A stretch of 64,000 nt of DNA from Felis catus (lineage: Eukaryota), in assembly GCF_018350175.1 (NCBI RefSeq), contig NC_058368.1, forward strand, positions 73,720,001 through 73,784,000. Reading direction: 5' to 3'. The translations under genes were made by a program, and so were the position numbers. Below the pieces are notes generated by a model. The model did no database searches. It was not told the origin of the DNA and saw only the letters and a program-made list of their open reading frames with translations. This document shows, one piece after another, positions 27,073-38,676 of this stretch (position 1 is the stretch's first letter; every line of letters begins with the position of its first letter).

Positions 27073-30000
27073 TCATTTGAAACTGATTACTCATAAATAG
27101 TAAGTCAGTTTTGGGTTTTCAGGAAGTAATAGCAGAAAAGGAAGGTATTCTGTTTCTAATTTTGATTTTTCTTACTTTTCCACTCTATTTCCTGGCTATC
27201 AGTGTAAGCATTTAGGAAGCTCTACTTATAAAGCTTCTCTTGGGTTTTATGCTTCATGTTAATCAATTGGTGTAGAACATACAGTGCTCTCTCTTTTCAG
27301 GAGCCTGTTATGTGTAGGTTTTGTTCTGCTTTAAAATTTGTTTCCTTTTTATTCTTCATAGGAAGCATATAAGGGCAAAATGAAGTATGTAGAGAGTTAA
27401 AGAAATACCTAGTCCTTTAAATCACTGTAGTCAGTCAAGCAAAAAGACCTTAAGACATAGTGTCCAGGATTATGTAAATCTAGCTGAGGGAAAAAGACAT
27501 ATGTGCAAGAAATAGTGCAGTGACAATGCACATTAGAATGCCCAAATTTATTACTATTGTGTAGGGAATGTTATAGGAATTCACAGAAGATGGACGGCTA
27601 ATGGGGGACACAAGTCATTTTAGACATCTATTCAGGAGGTAATAGGGCAAACTTTGCATGTGTGAAAAGAGGGAGGGGTGCTTTCAGAGCTAGAGAAGCT
27701 TGATTCTGGTGTGCTTAGGGTAAGCTACCGGGGACAGTGAGGAAGTTGGGACATAGTAGACAAAAGTTAGAGTCAGATTATGGACAGATTTGAAGCCTGA
27801 GTTGAAACGTATTAAGACAGGGGTGACTGTTACGAACTAAATATCTAAGGACATGTTATGATAGAGCACTTATCCATTACCCATCCATCCATTCATTCAT
27901 TGAACAAATAATGCTTGGCTCCTAATATTTGTGGACATGCTGTCAAATGTTGGGTGTACAGGATTTTGAAGGGAAGAGAAGCTGGAGGAAGGAAAACCAA
28001 GAGGCTAATGTAGTTGTCTGGATATGAGAAAATGAGGGCAGAGTTGGAGTATGGTGGTGGAACTGAAGAGGAGGGGCTGGGTTTAGGATGCTAGATGAAT
28101 TAATATGGAGTTGGTCATTGTAATTAGTTGGCTATAGGGGATAAAGGAAAGGTAGATTTTCAAGCTGGACTGGCTTGGAGAATGCCATTGATAGAAAGAA
28201 TGGGATTAGGTACATGGGTCAACTTTGGTAGGAAGAGCACAGACATCATTTTACAGTGGTCATTCCCTCCATGCAATTAGAGATACGGGACTAGAGCTCA
28301 AATTAGAGCTCAAGGTTGGAAATGTAGGCATTAGAATCGCTAACAGGGTAAAGTTAAAGTTGTTGCATTTAACTTAATGAGACATATTACTTATTTACTG
28401 TAGTTGATGATCATAGGGCCGAGAAACACATATGGAGATGGCCACAGCTGGTACGGGGTGCCACCAAAAGGTGAAGAGAAGACTCATAAGGAGCAGGGTA
28501 ATTGGAGGAAATGGGAAAAGCAAAAAGTTTCAAGGTCAGTATTTTCAACAATAGATTTTCATAGACTTTTATTTAACAACATCATTGGGTACCTATTATG
28601 AGCCAGGCACAACTTCAGGTGTTAAGGTTACGTAGCATTGAGTATGAATGTCCCTGACTTCATGGAGGTTATGTATAGATAGGGGGAAATCAAGGGAAGT
28701 TGAATATTCTAGTTTCATGTGATACAACACAGACATTTTAAAGAACCGATATGCAATATGTTATGAGGATTCAAAATATGGGCGTAACCCCCATAGTATA
28801 AAAGATATTTTTAAATGGAACATTTTTTCCCCTTTAGGTTTACGATTCAGTAATCCCAATGACAGTAAAATAGAGTCATAAAAAGGAGATAAGGTGGAGT
28901 GAGGAATGAGCAGAACTTTAGGATTATGACTGATGTACATCATCGTCATTAGATATAATACAATTTCTTTACAAGTCCATAAAATGCTCAAGTCCTTGAA
29001 AAAGGGAGTTGCAGAAGAGGTGGGGCAGGGAGTAGGTACATAAGGCATATTACCTTGGAAATGAAGCTGCTGACCAGATTTTAACTACCAGACATGGCCT
29101 TTTCTGAATTGTCAGAACAGAATGTAATTAACAACGGGAAGTGAGCTTCGGGAGATGACAACGCGTACGAAAGTTGTAATAAAAGATCTCTCCTTTGCAA
29201 ATATGTAACTTGCTTTTGCAAAGGTAGTGTTGTTTCTCGTGGAAGACATCTTCCCCATAAATATCAGGATCCCATTTGTACTAATTAGACACATGAAATG
29301 CATAATCATACAGTTTGCCCTTTGGTAACTACTGTCATTACTTGTAGGTATTTCCAAGGATTTTGTAATTCAGTTAAGAGATACCAGCTGTAGATAAATG
29401 CTTGTTTGCGTAGCCAGGAAACACTGGGGATGAGCGAGAAGGTATAACTGTAAGTGGGCTGCACTATACACTGTAAGCCAGTGTATAGTTTGTGAATTAT
29501 GAAATAATATGCTGTAGGACTAATGGTTTTTGAAACACAGAAATAAGAAATCTTTGGCCAGGTGGTATGAAAAAGGAATAAAAATACTTTGAAGTTTTAA
29601 AAAAGGTCTATGATACTTTAAAGTATCCATTATTCAATGAATATTCATCAAGCCCTAACTCTTCATGAGGCTTGGAGAAGGAGAGAGAAGACTAATCAAG
29701 CAAGTCTTTGGGAAGTGCCACGTGATAGAGCAGATCATAAAACACTGTGAGAGTACAGAGTAATAAGGAGATAACCAAGTCTGAAAATTAAATAATTTTC
29801 ACCATCTTAGTTAATGTGGTGTGTGTTATGTAAGACAAAAGGATTCCTTTAGAGATGCTGGTTCATGGTGGACAAGTGCTTTTGTTTTCACCTCCTCAGG
29901 CTCTACATAGATGGAGGATTCTCCCAGAGGGAACCTGGATTTAAGAGCAGCTTCCAGCAGTGGACTTTGCCCCGTGGCCTGTGGAAGGCATCAGTGTTTG

Positions 30001-31260
30001 GTTTGAGGAAAATTTCTCAGGTTCCACAGGAGAATCTCCAGGTGAAGAAGAAAGAGACCAAGTTTTTAGTGTCAATGTTGAGGTGGGGGCTAGAAGTTTG
30101 GGAAGACAAGGTATGGGGCATTTAGAGACCAAAGGTAGCAAAGCTCTTTATAATACTGGTGAGTCATTCATGGCCCTTTTTATGTCATGAGAATTAACAC
30201 CTGGGTTATAAAGTTAATCGTATTTTATCACTTCAGCATTTTGGAGAACATCATTTGACACAGAACATTAAAAATTCCCTGACATAATGAATACATGACT
30301 TTGGGATTCTAGTGAGGTCTAATGAATAAATGTAACACTTAGACACATTCCTAAGAATCTAGTCTAGATACACTTGATAAACCAGATAGACTCACTCTTA
30401 ATGGGTTTATTCTGCTTGGAGTTAATAATGAGTGCTTAAAGTAGTGCCTAATGTGTATTTACTCAATAGTCAAAGAATAGTCTGAATCATGACTCCATGT
30501 GCAGCTGGAAACCCAATCTAATAAATCTGTATCTGAAGCTTTCAAAACTACTATGCACACAAGAATTATGTAATTTTAATTTTTGTTTTCTATCCTTCCA
30601 ACCCCACCTGATGCTATATGGTAGGATTTTGTTTTTGTTACAGCAAATAGTGTAATTATCCCTTAAAAATTTGCACAAGCTGGGGAGAATTAATAAAAAT
30701 TATAATCATGCTGGGTACACAGTGAAATATTACAACTCATAGCTTGGGAGTAACTACTTGGAAATAATTAAAAAAATTTTCCTATTCCCTATATCTGCAA
30801 CTTCTGTTTATTACTTTCAGGTTAAGTTTATGGGGAAGATTCTTTTGGCTGAAAAATAAGCAATATTTTTCATAATCTGATTCAGGGCCAGTGTATTCAA
30901 TTTCATAAGTATGTCTTGAGCTGCTTTTGTGGTAAGAGATATGGAAAATTGAATGTTATAGTCACTGCCTTTATGGAACTTGCCACCTTGTGCCCTGGGC
31001 AAAACTTAACATGATGAAACTTTTATCTTTTCAGTGCTCTACAACTATTAGCCTCCTCTTGTCCACCGTACTGCTTCCTCAGATGTTTGCATGGGGACCT
31101 TTTACCCAAGGCATCTCCCATTATATTAATCACCAGGTGGGTAAGTTAGGAATGCTTATAGTTAATACATATGTTTGTGTTTGTGTTTGTGTGTATTTTA
31201 CCTGCAGAAAGGACAATCATTCCTTAGCTTCCCCTACCATCTTTATAACACTGACCAGAC

Positions 31261-31480
31261 TTTTGTTTTTATTTAACACTTTTTAAATGTTTATTTTTGA
31301 GAGAGAGAGAGATTGAGAGAGAGAGAGAGACAGAATCTGAAGCAGGCTCCAGGCCCTGAGCTGTCAGCACAGAACCCAATGTGGGGCTCGAACCCACGAA
31401 CCATGAGATCATGACCTGATCGAACTGCAGTCAGTTAAGCTGCAGTCGGACGCTTAACTGACTGGGCCACCCAGGCGTCC
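31261..31480 (-). mobile_element. Felid SINEC (internally shortened)
   Basis: Reverse SINEC lacking the GGGGCAGAG block, with a short insertion near the head. Confidence 0.88.
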
Positions 31481-31484
31481 TTCA

Positions 31485-31760
31485 TTTTAGCTATTTTATT
31501 GGGCAAGCAGTAGCACCTCATTGTGCTTTTCATTTATCCAACTATTAATGATGTTGAACATCTTCTCATGTATTCATTGGCCATTGCCACGTGCTTATTT
31601 GCTTCATTGCCACTCTTTGCTCATTTGTTCAAATTCGTTTGTTCATTAAAAAAATTGACTTACTTTCCTTCTTATTACTGGGTTGTAAGAGTCCCTTGAT
31701 ATTATAGATGAATTATTTTTAAAATATGCTTTTTATCTTGTCATATGTTTTAAATATACT
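31485..31760 (-). mobile_element. Old L1 ORF2 3' fragment
   Basis: ctcattgtg...aatgatgttgaacatcttctcatgtattcattggccatt is typical antisense L1 sequence. Confidence 0.7.
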
Positions 31761-31910
31761 TTTGAAAACCTTGGAGCTGCAGAGTTAGCTCATCTAATTT
31801 ATGAAAAATGCCCTTTGTATTTCATAATTAGCAAAGCAGGGGCCCTTCACATGCCAATCTGCCAAATCAGACTTTCTGTCAGAAGGAAAAAACACCTGAC
31901 TTCATTTTTC

Positions 31911-32120
31911 TTTTTTAAAGATGTTTATTTATTTATTTAGAGAGAGGGTGTGTGTGAGAGTCGAGGAGGGACACAGAGAGAGACAGAAAGAGAGTCCCAA
32001 GCAGGCTCTAGCACTGTTAGTGCAGAGCCCAATGGGGGGCTCAATCTCATGACCTGAGATCATGACCTGAGCCAAAATCAAGAGGCAGATGCTCAACCGA
32101 CTGAGCCACCCAGGTACCCC
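31911..32120 (-). mobile_element. Felid SINEC
   Basis: Reverse SINEC; TSD TCATTTTTC. Confidence 0.9.
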
Positions 32121-33137
32121 TCATTTTTCAGTTCTGACAAATGCATAAGTATAGGTTTGGATCACCCTCCAGAGTGATGCTTTTTGGGGTAAAAAGTGGA
32201 GGATGGAAGTGCTAGCATGTTCATGGAAATTTGTCTCCGCTCCCACCCTATAGTGTTTCCATATTCGAAATATTCCAACACAGGGAAAAAATGTCGCTTC
32301 TAGATTCTTAAATAAATACGTAATCCATTAAAAAGATAAGAAGCCTTTCACAGACACTAATATTCTGAATTGTTCCTTCAGCTCGTGTCCCCCAGGTCTG
32401 TCCACCACAGGTAGATTAGGGATTTCCTGTTCAAGGGGGAGAGCCCTGCCAGGGGACGCAGAACCCAGGGCCAGTGGAGCACTGAGGCATCCCAAGCATG
32501 GAAGTTTTGGGAAAGCACACATATGGAAAATGGAGAAATGGAAACGGATTCCCTATCCATGCCTTCACATTCCTTGGACAATTTCCTGAACTCCCAGGGA
32601 CAATTTCCTGAACTCCCAGGAGTACTCATACCAGAATATGAAGACTCTTGTTCTAAATGAATGTGGTTTTTGAAGAAGGGAATGCTTGACAAGCAATGGG
32701 CTGTCAAAAATTCCAAGAAAGATAAATTGTTTCCTGCTGGAGGAGAGTAATAAGGGTTCCTGGAGGGACAACAGGGTGATGTCTTTGAGGCGTCAGATGA
32801 GGCTCATGTATGGAATTTCTTCAATCCTGTTGGTGAAAGATTTTAGTGTACTAAGGCCATCACTGGAGTCTCTCCATGTCTCTCCAAGTATATATGAATG
32901 TACACATATATATTCATAGAGAATATATATGTTACTCTATATTTTTCATAAAAAGTGATGGTGGTTTTATTTATAAGTATGTGTCATACTTTTATTATTA
33001 TTTTAAAACAGCTATAATTGTCACACTGTTTTTAAGTCTTTGATTAATGTTTCCCCCTGTATTATTTGCTTGGGGACAAACCTCAGTCTATATCAGTGGG
33101 AGACCTAATTACTGGAGGATTCAATTAAGAGTTTCTT

Positions 33138-33371
33138 GGGGCGCCTGGGTGGCGCAGTCGGTTAAGCGTCCGACTTCAGCCAGGTCACGATCTTGCGGTC
33201 CGTGAGTTCGAGCCCCGCATCAGGCTCTGGGCTGATGGCTCAGAGCCTGGAGCCTGTTTCCGATTCTGTGTCTCCCTCTCTCTCTGCCCCTCCCCCGTTC
33301 ATGCTCTGTCTCTCTCTGTCCCAAAAATAAACATTGAAGATTCTCTCTCTCTCTAAAAAAAAAAAAAAAAA
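33138..33371 (+). mobile_element. Young felid SINEC_Fc-type
   Basis: CpG-intact body; perfect TSD AAGAGTTTCTT at 33127-33137 and 33372-33382. Confidence 0.95.
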
Positions 33372-33499
33372 AAGAGTTTCTTTCAGGGACTTTTCAGAGA
33401 ACAATTTCATAGTAGAGAAACTCCACCTTATTTAGATCTCTCCAACTGAACAGTGAGGAAATCTTGACACTTGTCACAAGGACTCAACTAGACCAAACA

Positions 33500-35487
33500 T
33501 TACAAAAATTATTTGCATTTATTCAAGCCTTTAAAATAAAATATTCATTTAATATGATACTCACAGAGGCAATAAAATACATAATTTAATAGGCTTTTCA
33601 AGCTCATTTAAAAATAGAGAGCTGTCATTTTACAAAGCTCAGCTATTTTTCTTCCCTCTAGCACAACTCACACAATACCACACCATGTAAGAAAGCCAAG
33701 TTTTGTCTCACATATTTGGATCTGCAGGGAGGAAAATCCTGCCTGCTGCAGCTGCTGGCTTCCGGACCCTTGTCTGGCCATGCTGAAATGCTGATATGAA
33801 TTCACAGTGGCCTTAGCACACCTGCCTGTTTTCTGTTTGATGAGGAAAGCGTAGGAGGCACTGAACAGACAGACTCAAAGTTTTCCTTCTGCGCCATCAG
33901 AAGCATATTCTTTGACATTCCTTGATAGAAAATCTATACCACCTCTCCCCTACTGGCCTCTAATAAAAAGCTGTAGTCCCTTTTAATAAATCTAATGATG
34001 AAAAAAAATATAGGAACTTTATCCAATCGTAAATGTGAACCTCATCTAAAAAGGCATACATATTACGGTGTTCAAAGCAGACTCCCTCACCCCCTATCGG
34101 AAGCTAAGGGTTGACGTTCATGTTCTTGTGATGCTGAAGAACACCAGCGGGATCTGAACTCGCTTCACCCAAATGCCAAAGGCCGTTTGGAGCCAAAACA
34201 TTTGAAAGGAAATCTATGAGGCAGGGAGAATTTCCAAATGGAAAATGGAACAAAACCACCGTGAACTGAATTAAGAATGTGCCCCCATGTTGCCGCAGAA
34301 TGAAGGAAAAGAAATTAAATCAGACCCAACACGCGGCCAGTTGTTTCCCCCTTGACATTAAACCCCTGGTGACATTGATCAAATCCTCCCTGCTTCCTCT
34401 TGTGACACTTACTTACAGCATCCAGAGAACCCATCTGGCAGCGCCCTTCCTACTTCTGGGCCCTGGGCATGTCGTCTTCTTCCTCAAACATTCATGTTTC
34501 TTTTTATCGATACTCACTTGTGCACATCTAACTGACTCATGTCCTGCATTTCAAGTGGGTCTTTATTATTTGTGCTTTTCCTTGCGTTCGCCATGACCTC
34601 CCATTGAACTAAAATCACCGACTGGAGTAGTGGTGTTTTTTCCCAATGCTTCTGCAACCTGCCCGCTCCATAGCTGTCACGCTAGCCAACGTTGACCTGC
34701 CCCCTGCAGGCAGACCTTGAGGAAGCCCCTCTCCAGGGCTTGAAGAGCTCTTTGCCAAATTCAAGCCATTGGAGAGAATTGTTTTTCCTAAAAAAAAGAA
34801 ATCTAGTGGCATTGTTGGACTCCTGAGGCAGAGCAACCGATGTATAACATCGCTGATGCATTATGGACTCCTAATTTGACGATTGATTTCTGTTTAGTAA
34901 CTCTTTTCTCTTATTTTTGCCCTTGGACTGTCACTGGAGAAGGCTAATTTTTTTTTTTTTAATGCAGGAAGTCAGCTACTTGTCCATGTTACATGATAAA
35001 GTCATATAAATAAATAGGTTGCAACATTTTCAAAATAATAATTAACATGTCAGTGGAAGATGTTCATTTCAATCTTCTTACAATCATAAATACTGAAGAA
35101 AATCTTGATCACTTTATAACAATAATAATTCGTTGCATCTATCTTAAGATACATAAAGTCAGGTGCTCATCTCTGCGTTTTGAGATTCTGAGTAAGAATC
35201 CGGTTTAGGAGTTAAGAGGTTCTCAGTGTTACCAGTGTCAAGTGTAGTCTGTGGTCTGAGGACATTTCTCGGGCATATTTCAAAGACAGTACATATATAC
35301 ATATAAATATTTGTCACATTAAGGATTTGGGCCACCAGTCACTTGGTACCAAAACCAATATATGGATTCAATTGGAATTTAAATTTTCACCTTAACCCTT
35401 TCCTGCCAAGTATCCCAACAAAAACAAACAGATATTGTTATCGCAGAACGTGTACTTTAGAATTCTTCTTTTTTGTCCACTTGGTGT
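33500..35487 (-). other. SLC10A2: Probable SLC10A2 3'UTR (~2 kb)
   Basis: No obvious interspersed repeat between the stop codon and an AATAAA that has a U/GU-rich downstream element; the 3' end is inferred. Confidence 0.6.
33518..33523 (-). terminator. Candidate polyadenylation signal AATAAA
   Basis: TTTATT on + strand; on the minus strand it is followed by ...TTTTTGTAATGTTTGGTCTAGTTGAGTCCTTGTG (U/GU-rich). Confidence 0.6.
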
Positions 35488-35615
35488 CTACTTGTTATCT
35501 GGCTGAAATCCTCCGTTCACCTTTGAGAACGATGACCCAGAGACTGTTTCGATGTCTTTGCTTTCTGGAAATTCCATGTCGTTCTTTCCATGACATTTCT
35601 TGTATGCCACATAAA
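35488..35615 (-). CDS. SLC10A2: SLC10A2 coding exon 6 (128 nt incl. TAG), (I)YVAYKKCHGKNDMEFPESKDIETVSGSSFSKVNGGFQPDNK*
   Basis: Acceptor gccttctag|TT and stop TAG at 35490-35488; brings the CDS to 1047 nt. Translated by hand. Confidence 0.96.
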
Positions 35616-36711
35616 CTAGAAGGCAAGACACAGGAGGTTAATCAAGGTTCGTATCAATTAGCTGCAAACTTTCTTTGGGCAGTGATCATAATCTATGGCT
35701 CAGATATCAGCTTGCACTTCCTGTAGGCTGAGGGCTGCTTAGAGAGAGCAGAAGCCATTCTTAGGTTGCACACCAGTCATGGTACTTCTGGAAGACCTGG
35801 AGCACAGCCATGGGGAGCACTTGCTCACATGGCTTCTGCAGGCATCAGCCCTGCGGTGGGTGCTCGTCAAGAATGACAGCAGGCACGTATTCTGTGCCCA
35901 CCACCTCCTACTTATTACAGTCCTCAGTAAATAGGGTCCATGCTACGGTGCAGGGTCCAACACCTAGGTCTAGTGCTCTGTGTGGGAGGACTTGTGCTGG
36001 AATCACACTCCGTCTCTCCCTGACTTGACTCCTTTCTTCCCCCGAAGCGGGAGCCTTGGCTGAGCTGGGATCAGCCTTCCTCTCTTCTGGGAAGCTCTGG
36101 TCTCTGGTGGCAGTGCGTCTATCAGCGTAGTTTTGAGGCCAGCTCACCTGGGCACACTGGCCGGCAAGGGGAGCAGAGCAGTGTATGTGTGTAGACAAGC
36201 GCTATGGGCCCATGTATGGGGCAGGGGAGAGGGGTGGTCTTCATAGGCCCCGTTGGTTTTCGAGCCATATTTTCTAATTAAGTTTTATCTGAATGAGTGC
36301 TATTTTGTTATCTAAATATATGATTTTTTTTCTTCTACTTCTCATTGGTTACAAAGTCAACAGAGGAAGAAAAAGTATTATATCATTGGAACTTCACACT
36401 TAAAATCGGTACATAATAATGTCTATCTCATAATGCAGTTGTGAACATTAAGTGAAATAAAATAGTAAGGTACCTAGTATGGCCCTGGGAGAATAGTCAG
36501 TGCTCAGGAGTGCTTCAAAGGTCTTAGTATGTCAAGATCCATGTCTCCTTGTTGGTCCCTGCACTTCTATAATACATTAATTTTGAAGCCACTGAGCTAT
36601 TGAATCTATTGAATTGAGCTTTTGGTTAATTAAAATAGCCCAACAGTTTTATTACAGGACCCCTTCAACACACATACACCACTAATTCTATTTAACCAAA
36701 TTGTTTATTCT

Positions 36712-36880
36712 CTTTCTTCTTTTTTCTTCCCTTCCCTTCCCTTCCCTTCCTTCCCCCTTCCTTCCTTCCTTCCTTCCTTCCTTCCTTCCTTCCTTCCTTC
36801 CTTCCTCTTTCCTTCTTTCTGTCCTTCCTTTCTTTCTCCTTCTCTTCCTCCCTCATTCCCTTCTTTCCTTACTTTCTTTG
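36712..36880. repeat. (CCCTT)/(CCTT)n polypyrimidine tract (intron 5)
   Basis: About 170 nt that are almost purely C/T on the + strand. Confidence 0.9.
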
Positions 36881-37608
36881 TTCCAAAAAATTCTTTCACC
36901 AAAATATGTTTCTAGGCATTGTATGTATCAACAAATATGGCTTCCTCATCTTTATTCTTACTTATAAAAATGTGGGAAAGTATAAGACCAATACCAGTAC
37001 CTGCCTTCCCATCATTCCTTCCACTTATCTACTAATCCCTTTTGAGTTAGTTATTCAACTAGTAAATTCACTTAATTGTTCCATCAGCCAGTCTGCTTTC
37101 TCTGGCTTTCTAGTAGAAATCACTAGCTAATTATGTGGAAAAACCTCAAGGTACCCAAATTGCCTATATGTCTTTATCATACAAGACAACAGAGTAGTTA
37201 GGCCATGGACTCCTGTCTCCTGTGTCAGTGATAAATCAGTGGAAAGTTTCAAATGGATCCAGGGAGTCTTTTATACTAGAAGGAAAACTCTGCTTTGAGG
37301 ATAACATTCAAGACAGTAACACAGAGAACGATTAGTACCCATAGGCAAGTTGAATATGAGAGCTTGAGAACTTGAGAGCCAAGTGAAAAATTAAACCAAA
37401 CCCAAACAACACTGGACAGCCAGGCAGTCTATAACATAACATTCCCATTATTTCTGTCATTCACCTTCACTATATAACCTCTCTTAAATTGCTACGAAGC
37501 ATAAAATATCAGTCTCGTTTTAAAGAGAAGATAAAATTTAAAAATAGAGGCTAGACATCATGAATCCTTGGAGAACGAAATGTAAGGAAAGCTTCACCTA
37601 GGTGAAGG

Positions 37609-37622
37609 CCAGCAGGTGGCAG
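37609..37622 (+). promoter_or_regulatory. CTCF core motif (intron 5)
   Basis: CCAGCAGGTGGCAG matches the CCASYAGRKGGCRS consensus exactly; binding is not shown. Confidence 0.5.
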
Positions 37623-37676
37623 GGGCCAAGGATCAGAAGTGTATGTGACAGCAGAGTAAAATTAAACATCAGATTA

Positions 37677-37900
37677 GGGGCACCTGGGTGGCTCAGTCAG
37701 TTGAGCGTCTGACTTCAGGTCATGATCTCACAGTTTGTGTCTGAGTCCCACATCAGTCTTTGTGCTGTCAGCACAGATCCCGCTTCAGATCCTCTGTCCC
37801 CTCTCAATCTGTCCCTCCCCAGCTCGTTCTCTCTCTGTCTGTATCTCTCTCTCTCTCAAAATAAATAAATAAACAAACAAATAAATAAACTTCTAAAAAA
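37677..37900 (+). mobile_element. Felid SINEC (intron 5)
   Basis: SINEC head; TSD ATCAGATTAG. Confidence 0.92.
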
Positions 37901-38518
37901 TCAGATTAGCTATCCCTAGTCCCTAAAATAAAGAACATGTTTGCCTTAACTCTTCTAATTATATGGATGTTACATAATACATGTACACGTGCACATGCTC
38001 ATGTATCTGTCTTCTAATGTAACTTAGCCTGATAAATATCTCTTGAATACCACTTTTGTGAAAAATATCCTATATTTACAAAGCATATGAAGATGATGAT
38101 TTGGAAAAAACAGCCAGTTCGGGGTTCTTAGAAGCATATAGAAAGACACACAGTAAAATGGTCCTAACAGGTTAATATGCCTCCCTAATTACTGGAGAAA
38201 AAGAAAAGTTCGTGGAGATGAATGAACCTCTCTTACTTTTCACTTAACAGTAATCTTTACAAAAATCTTCTGATAAAATTGCCACCTTTTCATTAGCTGT
38301 TGGGAATTCATGGTAACACTAGAGATGACTTTTCCCACCCCTTTATTTCTCCACCCACGAAAAGGAACTTAATTTAACTTCTACGATTCACCGCCAAAAA
38401 AAAAAAAAAAAAAAAGAAAAAAAAGAAAAAGGTGATCGAACACAATGCCACATTATCCACTCGAGGGTCTCTCAAAGGGGAATATCACCAGGGCCATGTG
38501 ATCAGCATTATTCCTTAC

Positions 38519-38676
38519 TGCCTAGGAAGATTCCCGCAAAGGTGAGCTGGAAAATGCTGTAGATGAGCGGGAAAGTGAACACGACGTTGAGCTCCTCCTG
38601 GGTGAAGGAGAGCTGCACGATAGTGGAGCACAGCTGAGTGTTCTGCATCCCCGTTTCCAAAGCAACTGTTCGGCAC
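38519..38676 (-). CDS. SLC10A2: SLC10A2 coding exon 5 (158 nt), (R)[52 protein letters not shown]
   Basis: Acceptor cttgcag|G and donor GGCA|GTAAGG; contains the family signature ETGMQN. Confidence 0.97.

Noticed and set aside
29463..29489. Perfect 11-bp hairpin ACTATACACTG-taagc-CAGTGTATAGT
   Set aside because: Too short for a pre-miRNA and plausible by chance in 64 kb.
1..33000. A second gene or novel multi-gene system downstream of SLC10A2
   Set aside because: I found no coherent exon chain, long ORF, processed pseudogene or RNA gene. Unannotated lncRNA exons cannot be excluded without expression data.
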